Source: a virus (lineage: Duplodnaviria; Caudoviricetes). From it: a stretch of DNA of 64,000 bases. The position numbers were made by a program, and so were the translations under genes. This document shows positions 36,441-44,871 of this stretch, piece by piece. Position 1 is the first letter of the stretch, and the number at the start of each line of letters is the position of its first letter. The stretch lies in the IMG/VR virus record IMGVR_UViG_3300020434_000055; one strand, 5' to 3'. Below the pieces are notes generated by a model. That model was not told the DNA's origin and did no database searches. It saw only the letters and a program-made list of their open reading frames with translations.

Positions 36441-36612
36441 AACACACCAACAAATTACTCAAGCCGTTGAAGCTTACGTTAAAGAAAACGAAGCCTTCGA
36501 AACTAAAGGAATTAAAGCCGCGGCGGCTAGAGCCAGAAAGGCCCTGGGAAATTTGGGGAAACTTTCTAAAGCTCGTAGAAAAGAAATACAAGAAAAGAAA
36601 AATTCTATGTAA
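36433..36612 (+). CDS. Hc1/histone H1-like small basic protein (59 aa; ORF track has wrong frame 36437)
   Basis: AAGGAG SD; MSETHQQITQAVEAY..KGIKAAAARARKAL..L.K..K.RRKEIQE.K. Confidence 0.75.
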   Translation: MSETHQQITQAVEAYVKENEAFETKGIKAAAARARKALGNLGKLSKARRKEIQEKKNSM

Positions 36613-36618
36613 TTCATC

Positions 36619-36660
36619 GTTGGCGCGGATCTAATCGATTATCCGTGCCAACAACACCCT
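36619..36660 (+). terminator. Stable hairpin / probable terminator
   Basis: GTTGGCGCGGAT-N10-ATCCGTGCCAAC. Confidence 0.6.
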
Positions 36661-36735
36661 TTTTCAGGAATCCACATAAATAATTCAAGTTACTAATAAT
36701 TAATATAGTAAATATAATAGAAGACAGAATAAAGT

Positions 36736-36948
36736 ATGGCAACAGGCAAAATCAAATGGTTTAATTCCGCTAAAGGTTTCGGATTCATCACACCAGATCA
36801 AGAAGGCAAAGACGTGTTTTTACACGTTTCTGCTTTAAAAGCCTCTAATTTAAGTGACGTTCATGACGGCGACTTAATGGAGTATGAGCTGGTAGAATTC
36901 CGAGGACGACAAGTAGCTGGAAATCTTAAACGCATTGTAGTAGAATAA
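36736..36948 (+). CDS. cspA: Cold-shock protein
   Basis: GKIKWFNSAKGFGFI (RNP1), DVFLHVSAL (RNP2). Confidence 0.95.
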   Translation: MATGKIKWFNSAKGFGFITPDQEGKDVFLHVSALKASNLSDVHDGDLMEYELVEFRGRQVAGNLKRIVVE

Positions 36949-36993
36949 TCATCCCAACATAAAACAGCATATCAAACTGTACCATCGATGTCT

Positions 36994-37024
36994 TTGACAT
37001 ATCAATAAAAAGATGTTATAAATA
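36994..37024 (+). promoter_or_regulatory. tmRNA promoter (sigma70 extended -10 overlapping TATAAATA)
   Basis: TTGACA-17-TATAAA with upstream TG. Confidence 0.75.
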
Positions 37025-37029
37025 TTACT

Positions 37030-37330
37030 GTAGACGTTGAAGTTTGGGTAATAAATTTCAGGGACGTCGGGGCAGTACCGACCACCTCCACCAAATTCTT
37101 CCGCGTGAAACATTTTAAGGTTTAAGTGTTTAACGGGGGTGAACTAGGATCGACCGGAATGTAAAGACAAATGGAGTCTATCTAGTAGGCACGAAGTAAC
37201 GTCCAATTTATAAATGCATTAGCATTTAAACCTGAAGTGACAGTTCCAGTTAGCATTTTTGCTGACAGAGAACTGGTTGCAGTTTAATACTGCCATTTCG
37301 GAGAAAGGTTAATCTCGGCAACAGAACATA
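37030..37330 (+). ncRNA. ssrA: Two-piece (circularly permuted) tmRNA, alphaproteobacterial type; outer ends approximate
   Basis: T-arm GTCGG-GGCAGTA-CCGAC (37066-82), CACCTCC-ACCA (37083-93), spacer, GGGGGTG (37135-41) giving G3:U70; ATAAAT-GCA resume at 37216; tag stop 37287. Confidence 0.92.
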
Positions 37331-37336
37331 GACCAG

Positions 37337-37362
37337 CATAGGGGCTTCGGCCCCTATGTTTA
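37337..37362 (+). terminator. Intrinsic terminator with cUUCGg loop
   Basis: CATAGGGGC-TTCG-GCCCCTATG-TTT. Confidence 0.85.
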
Positions 37363-37427
37363 TTAAACATTCTTATAACTTCTCTTAACATTTAATTTCC
37401 GCTTTAACTTCTCTAAATAATATTCTT

Positions 37428-37688
37428 ATGTTGTATAGTAGAAGAAGAAAAAAGTTAATGAGCAAATTAAAAAAAAATGCTCCAAAAGTTCCAGATCTTA
37501 CTTGCCCAAGTATAGATAGTGCTATCGAACGACTTAAGAAAATATATGAAAAAAATAAACCAATTTCTGATTACCAATGGAAACTTATAGATAAAAGATT
37601 AGAAGTTCTTAGAGAACAAAATGAACTTCTTCGTGAAAGTGGCAAATATTGGTACGAATCCTGCAAAGAACACCTCAAAAAGTCATAA
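37428..37688 (+). CDS. Hypothetical protein
   Basis: 86-aa ORF (alternative ATG 37458); TAAATA at 37414. Confidence 0.6.
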   Translation: MLYSRRRKKLMSKLKKNAPKVPDLTCPSIDSAIERLKKIYEKNKPISDYQWKLIDKRLEVLREQNELLRESGKYWYESCKEHLKKS

Positions 37689-37708
37689 AAATCAACACTT
37701 TTTAACTA

Positions 37709-37737
37709 TTGATTTATGTTTCAAAATCTGCTATTAT
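37709..37737 (+). promoter_or_regulatory. Sigma70-like promoter with upstream ATCAACACTT box
   Basis: TTGATT-17-TATTAT; box at 37691-37700. Confidence 0.65.
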
Positions 37738-37763
37738 AGTAGTATATAAATATAGTTAATATA

Positions 37764-38516
37764 ATGAAGAAACAAACCCGAGAACAACGGAAGACATCTG
37801 CATCTAAAAGAATAGTTCTTAAAAACCTAAAAAGATGGGCCAATTATTCCATCGCAGTAATAATATTAATAGCAATTTCTTTTTCATATGGAACATTCTT
37901 TCCTAACAAAGTTGTTTCAAACAAACTTTCGTCAACAATGTTTGAAAGCATAAAAAAACATTTTGCTAAAATCAATATTAAACTAGACAAAATAACTATG
38001 CAAAATAAAAAAGATATGGAAGTATCTTTATATTTGGATATTCACCAACCAGAATTTATATATAATGATGCTGATAGCTTCGTTGATGCAGTACGTCAAT
38101 GTGTAGATTATCTTAATTATACAACAGAACTTGAAAAAAGAATTCCTTCATCTATTATAATAGCAATGGCTGGAGTTGAATCAGGTTGGGGAACTTCTAG
38201 ATTTGCAATAGAAGGTAATGCATTATTTGGAGTACGAACTTGGGATCCAAACACACCACAAATGAAACCAAAAAATTTAGACAATATAGATTGGGGTGTT
38301 AAAAAATACAAGCATCAATGCGAAAGTATTCGTGATATGATAGAAATTATTAATAGACATCCTGCTTATAAAGCCTTTAGAGATGAAAGGGCAAAACAAT
38401 TAAAAAATGGTAAATGGGATTACAAAAAATTAATAGCAGGATTAAATGCATGGAGTGAAAATAAAGATTACGACCATCTAATATATAGTACTATATTAGA
38501 TAGAAACCTTCCATAG
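37764..38516 (+). CDS. Membrane-anchored glucosaminidase (Bax/FlgJ-like GH73)
   Basis: N-terminal TM; IP..IIIAMAGVESGWGTSRFA.EGNALFG. Confidence 0.85.
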   Translation: MKKQTREQRKTSASKRIVLKNLKRWANYSIAVIILIAISFSYGTFFPNKVVSNKLSSTMFESIKKHFAKINIKLDKITMQNKKDMEVSLYLDIHQPEFIYNDADSFVDAVRQCVDYLNYTTELEKRIPSSIIIAMAGVESGWGTSRFAIEGNALFGVRTWDPNTPQMKPKNLDNIDWGVKKYKHQCESIRDMIEIINRHPAYKAFRDERAKQLKNGKWDYKKLIAGLNAWSENKDYDHLIYSTILDRNLP

Positions 38517-38521
38517 TTATT

Positions 38522-38881
38522 ATGAACTTTATAGAAATAATATTTCCTAAAAGGAAAAAACGTAAATTACCTAATACAGCAAAATTAAGAAAAATCCGTG
38601 CTGAACATCAAGCCTGGCTTAAAAACCTTGGACTAGATGCCAAAAGTTTAAAAAAGCGATGGAAAAATATAGCTAACGAGAGTTGGTTCCCTAATTATAC
38701 AACCGATAATAACTATCCACCAACATCAGACAAAATCCCAGTAGGTACTTCACTTAAAAAAGAACGCATGGAATATTCAGGCGAAAGAAAACTACTTGGT
38801 ATAGCAACAATGCACAAATCTAATATGGTACCAGTCTTTGATAAAGAAGACGCCAAAGATATTGCAAAGATGCGAAGATGA
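38522..38881 (+). CDS. Conserved phage hypothetical protein
   Basis: C-terminal GIATMHKSNMVPVF motif. Confidence 0.65.
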   Translation: MNFIEIIFPKRKKRKLPNTAKLRKIRAEHQAWLKNLGLDAKSLKKRWKNIANESWFPNYTTDNNYPPTSDKIPVGTSLKKERMEYSGERKLLGIATMHKSNMVPVFDKEDAKDIAKMRR

Positions 38882-39162
38882 CATTAGAAAAAAGAAACAT
38901 TAAGCAATTAGCAAAAGAAATGAAAAAACAATTCGATGCTCATGAGGATTGTGTTCTAGATTACGACTTACCAAATAAAGAAGGTTATGAACTTGTAATT
39001 TCAAGAAGTAGTGAGGGAGAAGATGGCTCATACATTACTACAGTAGATCTCCATAAGTATGAAAGCGATGATTATGAAATGCAGTCGACTTACGGGTCGT
39101 CAGATTTAAATGACTTCGAATGGATTGTACAAGAAGTTATAGATAATGGAGGAAATATATAA
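38878..39162 (+). CDS. Acidic hypothetical protein
   Basis: ATGA overlap, 94 aa. Confidence 0.6.
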   Translation: MTLEKRNIKQLAKEMKKQFDAHEDCVLDYDLPNKEGYELVISRSSEGEDGSYITTVDLHKYESDDYEMQSTYGSSDLNDFEWIVQEVIDNGGNI

Positions 39163-39287
39163 TGACATTAGGCGACGGTATATTATTAGGACTTATAGGC
39201 TGTACATTAACAGTCGTTGGTTTAGGTTACGCATATTATAAAGGTTCTCAAAAGAAAGAAGACGACGAAGAAAACGACCTTTTCTAG
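39162..39287 (+). CDS. Small membrane protein (41 aa; not in ORF track)
   Basis: GGAGG SD; MTLGDGILLGLIGCTLTVVGLGYAYYKG.. Confidence 0.6.
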   Translation: MTLGDGILLGLIGCTLTVVGLGYAYYKGSQKKEDDEENDLF

Positions 39288-39362
39288 GTTGTATTTTAAC
39301 ATTTTGGTAAACTACTACCAAAAAAGCCTTCAAAACCAAGACTTCTTAATCGAACAAATACC

Positions 39363-39391
39363 TTGACTTTTTGGTAGCAATTCTATATAAT
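39363..39391 (+). promoter_or_regulatory. Sigma70-like promoter
   Basis: TTGACT-17-TATAAT. Confidence 0.8.
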
Positions 39392-39425
39392 ATAGATAAT
39401 GAATACTTTTAATCAAGGAGGCAAA

Positions 39426-40013
39426 ATGAAAGGCTCATTTAAATTAGTAACTGTTTTATTTGCAATGGTATTCCTTTTGAATGCTTGTGCAAACAGAATG
39501 GTAAAACTGCCTACAGAAAATCCAAAACACAAGACTGTTCCTGCATGGTACTTAAATCATGAAGATAGCGGTAAAGAAGGCATAATTTTCAGAGATGGAT
39601 ATTTTTATGCTGTTGCTGTTGCGGTTTCTCCAGATATGGAGATGTCTATTAAAAAGGCAGTACTTAAAGCAAAATCTAAAATTGCTGATAGAATCAACGG
39701 GGAGATGAATAATAAGACAACTATCATCTATAACGAAAGTGGTTCTGCTGAAGCAGTTGTAGGTATTGAACAATCAGAGGATGTAATAGTTAATTTCATT
39801 TCTAAGACAGTTCTTAGAACATATAAAGTAGAGAAGAAATTGACATTATTTAACACTGATAAAAATAACTATAGATCATTTGTTTTGATGAAGATATCTA
39901 AGAAAGAAGTAGACGAAATTATTGCATTAATTGAAAGCAAAAAGATGGTTAAATTAAGCAATAAAATTGATAATATTTCTGACAAGATATTAGACCAAGC
40001 GAATAAACAATAA
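39426..40013 (+). CDS. LPP20-like lipoprotein
   Basis: AAGGAGG SD, lipobox LNAC, VPAWY, A.KA..KAK..IAD.ING. Confidence 0.7.
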   Translation: MKGSFKLVTVLFAMVFLLNACANRMVKLPTENPKHKTVPAWYLNHEDSGKEGIIFRDGYFYAVAVAVSPDMEMSIKKAVLKAKSKIADRINGEMNNKTTIIYNESGSAEAVVGIEQSEDVIVNFISKTVLRTYKVEKKLTLFNTDKNNYRSFVLMKISKKEVDEIIALIESKKMVKLSNKIDNISDKILDQANKQ

Positions 40014-40019
40014 GGACTT

Positions 40020-40349
40020 ATGAAAAAGTTATTTTTTCTATTGTGTGCCACGACTCTATTATTGGTTGCTAGAGCAGAAGCAGGCGGAGTTTGGAGTGAT
40101 CAGTATTGTAATATTGAAACACAAACTATAATAACCAAAGACACTAATGGTAAAATTATTAGTGAAGAATCAATAGAAAAATTAGTATGTAATGACGGAG
40201 CAAAAGATTTCCTTGCTTATAGCGGTATAGCAAAAGAATGCAGGGAATTTTGGTTCGAAATTTTATTAAGCAACAGATTTGTAAAAAGGAAAGGTTATGT
40301 TTGCCAAAAATTTGACGGTAGTTGGGAAATTGTGTATAATCCTAAGTAG
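40020..40349 (+). CDS. Secreted hypothetical protein
   Basis: Signal peptide, Cys pairs. Confidence 0.6.
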   Translation: MKKLFFLLCATTLLLVARAEAGGVWSDQYCNIETQTIITKDTNGKIISEESIEKLVCNDGAKDFLAYSGIAKECREFWFEILLSNRFVKRKGYVCQKFDGSWEIVYNPK

Positions 40350-40752
40350 CTTATTGTTGTTCGCTTGTAGTTCAACAAAACAAAGTTCACTTAATAGCGA
40401 AAGCACTTTTAAGAGTGTAGAAAGTGACTTTGAACAAACTGGACACGCAGTTAACTTAATATATAATTCAATAAAATCTAAACACTTTAGTTTAACCAAA
40501 CAGGATCAAATCAAACAAATGCAGGCGGTATTCTTCGCATTAGATAATGCAGAAGAAGGTCAAGTTGTTAGTTGGGTTAATGGTAAGAACGATACATTTG
40601 GTTTGGTTAAAGTAGTTTCAAGTTATCCACACGGTAGTGGGTATTGCCGTGTAATATTCACACAAATCTCTAAAAAAGGTAAGGTTAGAGACTTCTCAGA
40701 AACAGCCTGTAAAGACGTTGCTTATGAAGGCTGGCAATTCATTAGAAATTAA
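40297..40752 (+). CDS. RT0821/Lpp0805 (17-kDa surface antigen-like) lipoprotein
   Basis: Lipobox LFAC; ALDN...G..VSW.N, GYCR.....I, TAC; start uncertain. Confidence 0.7.
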   Translation: MFAKNLTVVGKLCIILSSLLLFACSSTKQSSLNSESTFKSVESDFEQTGHAVNLIYNSIKSKHFSLTKQDQIKQMQAVFFALDNAEEGQVVSWVNGKNDTFGLVKVVSSYPHGSGYCRVIFTQISKKGKVRDFSETACKDVAYEGWQFIRN

Positions 40753-40809
40753 CATTCGGGTTAATCAGATAGTTTTATTAACGATAAGTATTAGTTTAAA
40801 TAATACTAT

Positions 40810-42735
40810 ATGTTTATCGCACTTCTTACATTAATATCGGCCCTGTCAATTTCAGGTGTAGCAATATTCTATTCAGTAATAGGATTGGCTACTATATTCC
40901 CAGGAGCATTTGTTCCTGTGGTTATAATGGGCTCTGTGTTAGAAGTAGGTAAGTTAATAGCCGCCAGTTGGTTGTATCGGAACTGGAAACAAACTCGGTT
41001 TCTCTTAAAATTTTATCTCGCCACAGCCGTGGTTGTATTAAGTTTAATAACGTCTATGGGTATATTTGGGTTCTTATCCAAAGCCCACCTAGAGCAGAAC
41101 CTAGCAGAAAATACAGTTGTACAACGAATTGACATTATAAACAACAAAATCACTAGTGAAAAGACATATATCAAAAGACAAACCCTTATTATAGAAAGAG
41201 CTGAAAAAAGTCTTACAAGAACAGCTGGTACTAACGACGAAGCAATTGCAATTGAAAAAGAGAATTTAAAAGCAGTAGAAGATAAATTCAAAACTTTACT
41301 TGTAGTTGAGACCAAAAACATTGAAAATTTAACTGATAGAATGAAAGTATTGGATAAAGACGTTAGTGACGTACTAACTGCAAACAAATCATTTTTTAAT
41401 GAAGAAAAAGCGGCTAAACAATTAAAAGAATCACAAAAAGAAGAACGAGCTGGTATTAATATAAAAATAAGCGAATCCCAAAGCAGAATAGCTCAACTTA
41501 AAGAAGACTACGCAAATGATACTGCCGTTATACAAAAAAGAATAGAGAAGTTAAGAGAAGGTGGAGTTGACGACAAATCAGGTGTTTATGCACAAATAGA
41601 AGTAGCAGAAGAAAACATATTAAAATCACAAAACAATATAGATGATTTAATTATTGACCGAGAGCCTTTAGAGGCAAGAATGATTAAGTTAGAAGCAGAG
41701 ATAGGCCCAGTAAAATATATTGCCGCACTTGTAGTTGATTGGGGAGTAACAGATAAAGTTGATACAGACGAAGCAGTAAGATGGGTTATCCTTATTATAA
41801 TTTGCGTATTTGATCCACTTGCAGTTGCATTATTATTAGCGGCTAATCAAAGTATGCTAAGAAGATTTCCTAATACTTGGGAACCGCCAGAAGACCCTAC
41901 ACCACCAAGTAAACCTAAAACTCCTGAATTACCACCTAAAGAACCAAGTACGGGTAAAGGTTTAAGAGCATCTGATTTAATTAAATCAGGAGAAACAGAA
42001 TTAGGTAAAGAACATGAAACTTTATTACAAAACATAGACAAGCATTCTCCATCTGCAGAAGCAGAGGAATTAAAGGAAATGGATGATACAGTATCTGAGC
42101 CTTCTGTTTCAGAACTCTTAGCAGAAGGATTTGCTGAAGAACAAAAAGCAAGAGCTATAGAAGAAGCGGAAGAAGAAGCTAAAGAAGAAAGACAAGACGA
42201 ACTACTTGATGAATTTATTGACGATAATGCAGACGGCTTTGATGAAGACCAAGTAAAATACGATATGGAAACTGACCCAACACCAATACCTATTCCAATG
42301 GAGCCTATCCCAACAACGGCAGATGTTGCAATGATTTTACCTGAACGTAATGTAGCAACAAAAAAAATGGTCCAAGAGTATGATGTAGAAAAAGAACTAA
42401 AAGAAGAATTATTAAAAGTGGGTCATGATAAAGAAGACGAATTTTTTAGAACTCTTGATCCTGAAGAACAAGGACGTTTAGAAGCATATGATGAAAAAGA
42501 TAAACGTTGGCAAAATGAAAAAGCAGAATGGAAAAGCAAAAACCCTGAAGATACAATAAAAAGACATAAAGAATTGTATATAAAAGGCTTTATAGAAAAG
42601 TTACCTTGGGAAGACATAAGCCTAGAAAAACCAGAAGATTTAGAAAGCTGGAATAAATGGGTAGATGCGGCAAATAAAGAAGCAGAAAAAGAAGACGAAG
42701 GCGTAGAAAAAAAAAGACTGACGAACCTACAGTAG
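40810..42735 (+). CDS. Membrane coiled-coil protein (DUF4407-like) with acidic tail; candidate -1 extension to 42842
   Basis: 3 N-terminal TMs (LEVGKLIAASWL), coiled coil, GPVKYIA, IICVFDPLAVALLLAAN. Confidence 0.75.
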   Translation: MFIALLTLISALSISGVAIFYSVIGLATIFPGAFVPVVIMGSVLEVGKLIAASWLYRNWKQTRFLLKFYLATAVVVLSLITSMGIFGFLSKAHLEQNLAENTVVQRIDIINNKITSEKTYIKRQTLIIERAEKSLTRTAGTNDEAIAIEKENLKAVEDKFKTLLVVETKNIENLTDRMKVLDKDVSDVLTANKSFFNEEKAAKQLKESQKEERAGINIKISESQSRIAQLKEDYANDTAVIQKRIEKLREGGVDDKSGVYAQIEVAEENILKSQNNIDDLIIDREPLEARMIKLEAEIGPVKYIAALVVDWGVTDKVDTDEAVRWVILIIICVFDPLAVALLLAANQSMLRRFPNTWEPPEDPTPPSKPKTPELPPKEPSTGKGLRASDLIKSGETELGKEHETLLQNIDKHSPSAEAEELKEMDDTVSEPSVSELLAEGFAEEQKARAIEEAEEEAKEERQDELLDEFIDDNADGFDEDQVKYDMETDPTPIPIPMEPIPTTADVAMILPERNVATKKMVQEYDVEKELKEELLKVGHDKEDEFFRTLDPEEQGRLEAYDEKDKRWQNEKAEWKSKNPEDTIKRHKELYIKGFIEKLPWEDISLEKPEDLESWNKWVDAANKEAEKEDEGVEKKRLTNLQ

Positions 42736-42844
42736 ATCCAAAACAACCAAATAAAGAAGTATTCCCAATAAATTACATAGTTAGAGATAAGAATATTCAA
42801 GTTCGTAAAAAAACTATGCCAAAAGAAGACGACGAATCATAATA

Positions 42845-42873
42845 TTGACATTTACCATCCAATATGCTAAAAT
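42845..42873 (+). promoter_or_regulatory. Sigma70 promoter, leaderless start
   Basis: TTGACA-17-TAAAAT with TG; ATG 7 nt downstream. Confidence 0.75.
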
Positions 42874-42879
42874 AACTTA

Positions 42880-43299
42880 ATGTCAGAAATTAAGTTAATA
42901 ACACCTCCCGATAAACTATTAAACAATAATAAAAGTTTCCTTTTGGTTAATCTAAAGGATACTTTTAAAGATGAATTTAATAACATTATGAAAAACATAA
43001 ATGTTAATATTAACCTTTATATGTATGATGAAGCAGGTTACAAAGATAGTGCTAATTGGTTAATTGAAATATCTAATTTAGCTGACTATATTATTTTGGA
43101 TATAGACCAAACTGGTTTGGATAATTGGTTAATTGGATATCTATTAGCTAAAAATCATACCTTTTATACTTGTATAGATATACCTAAACCTAGACCTTAT
43201 AACTTAATAAACAGTAATAGAATTTATAATTTAGATCCAATAAAAACAATCCTAAAAGACTTAAATGACACACCAACTAACACGAAAACAACTAATTGA
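42880..43299 (+). CDS. Hypothetical protein
   Basis: 139-aa ORF. Confidence 0.7.
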   Translation: MSEIKLITPPDKLLNNNKSFLLVNLKDTFKDEFNNIMKNINVNINLYMYDEAGYKDSANWLIEISNLADYIILDIDQTGLDNWLIGYLLAKNHTFYTCIDIPKPRPYNLINSNRIYNLDPIKTILKDLNDTPTNTKTTN

Positions 43300-43954
43300 T
43301 AGTATAATCAATATACCCAAATATTATATTATTAGATTTACTGGTTTAGGATATGAATCAGTAATGGGTATAATAACAAAAAAACAACATGACTATTGGA
43401 AAAGAAAAGGACAACGTAAACTAGGAGAGTATCTAGCAGAGTTGCGTGATATGAATGACTTAGATTATGTTCCTTATGAATCCCAATTAAAATCATCTGA
43501 TTGGTATGATTATGATAGTGTAGCCCACGCCGCCGGTGCCGAACTTAATCCTAAAAATTATTTGACTATAGAAGAAATTGATGGTCCAGACGTTCATACA
43601 GTATTAACTGAAAAATTATCTATTAAAAAATTAGCTAAACGTGGTATTGGTACATTTTGTACAGGAATATTTAATTGTAATATGAGTACATTAAAAGACA
43701 AACATTATTTCCATGGTCAAAGTCACGAACTAGGTACTTGGACTAATGAAGAAAAAATAGTTACTAACGCATTAGGTTTACAATTAGACAAGTTAAAAAT
43801 ACTATATGCAGATGTAGAAGGTAAACAAATAATTCATGGTGTTAGATATATTAAACAACCATACCATATGGAGACAAATAAAGTTACCGGAAAAAGTCTT
43901 AAACTTGGCGTAAAAAGAGGCTGGTATGATATTTTGGCGAATTTAGGCTCTTGA
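43265..43954 (+). CDS. Hypothetical protein
   Basis: 229-aa ORF. Confidence 0.65.
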   Translation: MTHQLTRKQLIDSIINIPKYYIIRFTGLGYESVMGIITKKQHDYWKRKGQRKLGEYLAELRDMNDLDYVPYESQLKSSDWYDYDSVAHAAGAELNPKNYLTIEEIDGPDVHTVLTEKLSIKKLAKRGIGTFCTGIFNCNMSTLKDKHYFHGQSHELGTWTNEEKIVTNALGLQLDKLKILYADVEGKQIIHGVRYIKQPYHMETNKVTGKSLKLGVKRGWYDILANLGS

Positions 43955-44001
43955 TTTTTCGCTGAATAATGTTTATATTATAATAGTATGATAAATAACA
44001 T

Positions 44002-44053
44002 TGTACGTGATGCTATGATAGGTCTCGTACACATAACTTGCTTAACAAAGGAG
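44002..44053 (+). promoter_or_regulatory. ROSE-like RNA thermometer in hsp20 leader
   Basis: CTTGCTT-AACA-AAGGAG hairpin with bulged G opposite SD; upstream TGTACG/CGTACA hairpin. Confidence 0.6.
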
Positions 44054-44060
44054 GACGATT

Positions 44061-44507
44061 ATGACAAATAAAGCCCTATCAATTTTTAATCAACTAAGAC
44101 CCGTTACAATTGGATTTGATAACGTATTCGATCATTTTGAAAGAATGATGGAAGGCGATAACTTTTTCAATGGTGCTGGTGTTAATTACCCACCTTACAA
44201 TATTGTGAAAACAGGTGAAAACACTCACGATATTGAAGTTGCTCTTGCTGGATTCAGTAAGAAAGATATTGATGTAGAGTATAAAGACAATATGCTTACA
44301 ATCAAATCTATCAAAGAATCCAATACTGGCAATCAAAAGGATGGAGTTGTGCATAGAGGAATATCACAAAGATATTTTTCTAAATCTTTTACAATTGCGG
44401 ATGACGTAGAAATAAAAGGTGCAGAACTTAAAGATGGTCTTTTGACAGTTTCTTTGGAAAGAATAATTCCGGAAAGTAAAAAGGCTAAAAAAATAGACAT
44501 TAAGTAA
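44061..44507 (+). CDS. Small heat-shock protein Hsp20/IbpA family
   Basis: IGFD, NYPPYNI, IEVALAGF, HRGI..R.F...F..A, A.L.DGLL.V.L. Confidence 0.95.
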   Translation: MTNKALSIFNQLRPVTIGFDNVFDHFERMMEGDNFFNGAGVNYPPYNIVKTGENTHDIEVALAGFSKKDIDVEYKDNMLTIKSIKESNTGNQKDGVVHRGISQRYFSKSFTIADDVEIKGAELKDGLLTVSLERIIPESKKAKKIDIK

Positions 44508-44519
44508 TATTAATGGAGA

Positions 44520-44553
44520 TAGGTGGGGGCGTTTTTTAATACGCCCTAACCTA
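44520..44553 (+). terminator. Hairpin after hsp20 abutting TATAAATA of clpS
   Basis: GGGCGT/ACGCCC plus TAGGT/ACCTA; TATAAATA at 44552-44559. Confidence 0.55.
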
Positions 44554-44565
44554 TAAATACTTAAA

Positions 44566-44871
44566 ATGAGCACAGAAATAGAAGTTAAAATAGACGAAAA
44601 AATAAAACAAGTAATTAAAGAACCTGAAAATTACAAGGTTATCTTTTTGAACGATAACGTTACCCCAATGGAATTTGTAATAGATATTTTAATCAAAATA
44701 TTTAAACACACCGCAGAAACGGCTCGTGATCTTACTCTGAAAATCCATAAAGAAGGCTCTATAATTGTTGGACTTTATACATACGAAATAGCAGAACAAA
44801 AAGGTATGGAGGCAACTAACGAAAGTAGGAGTTTAGGATATCCACTTCAGGTTAAGATTGAAAAAGAGTGA
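44566..44871 (+). CDS. clpS: ClpS N-degron adaptor
   Basis: YKVIFLNDNVTPMEFV, IH.EG, Y.YEIAE.K. Confidence 0.92.
   Translation: MSTEIEVKIDEKIKQVIKEPENYKVIFLNDNVTPMEFVIDILIKIFKHTAETARDLTLKIHKEGSIIVGLYTYEIAEQKGMEATNESRSLGYPLQVKIEKE

Noticed and set aside
36437-36634. ORF-track 65-aa ORF
   Set aside because: Shadow frame; the AAGGAG-led ORF 36433-36612 gives a recognisable Hc1-like protein.
37066-37093. tRNA-like T-arm and CCA end
   Set aside because: Not a tRNA: there is no anticodon arm, and the acceptor 5' strand lies downstream; it is the acceptor piece of the permuted tmRNA.
37469-37477. Another A9 run as frameshift site
   Set aside because: It lies at the start of a short gene with no evident orphan -1 frame to explain; useful as a background control showing A-runs occur by chance.
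22615-42735. Stop-codon reassignment (TAG read-through) as explanation of short ORFs
   Set aside because: Read-through at 22617 or 42735 hits further stops within a few codons; conserved genes are full length under code 11.
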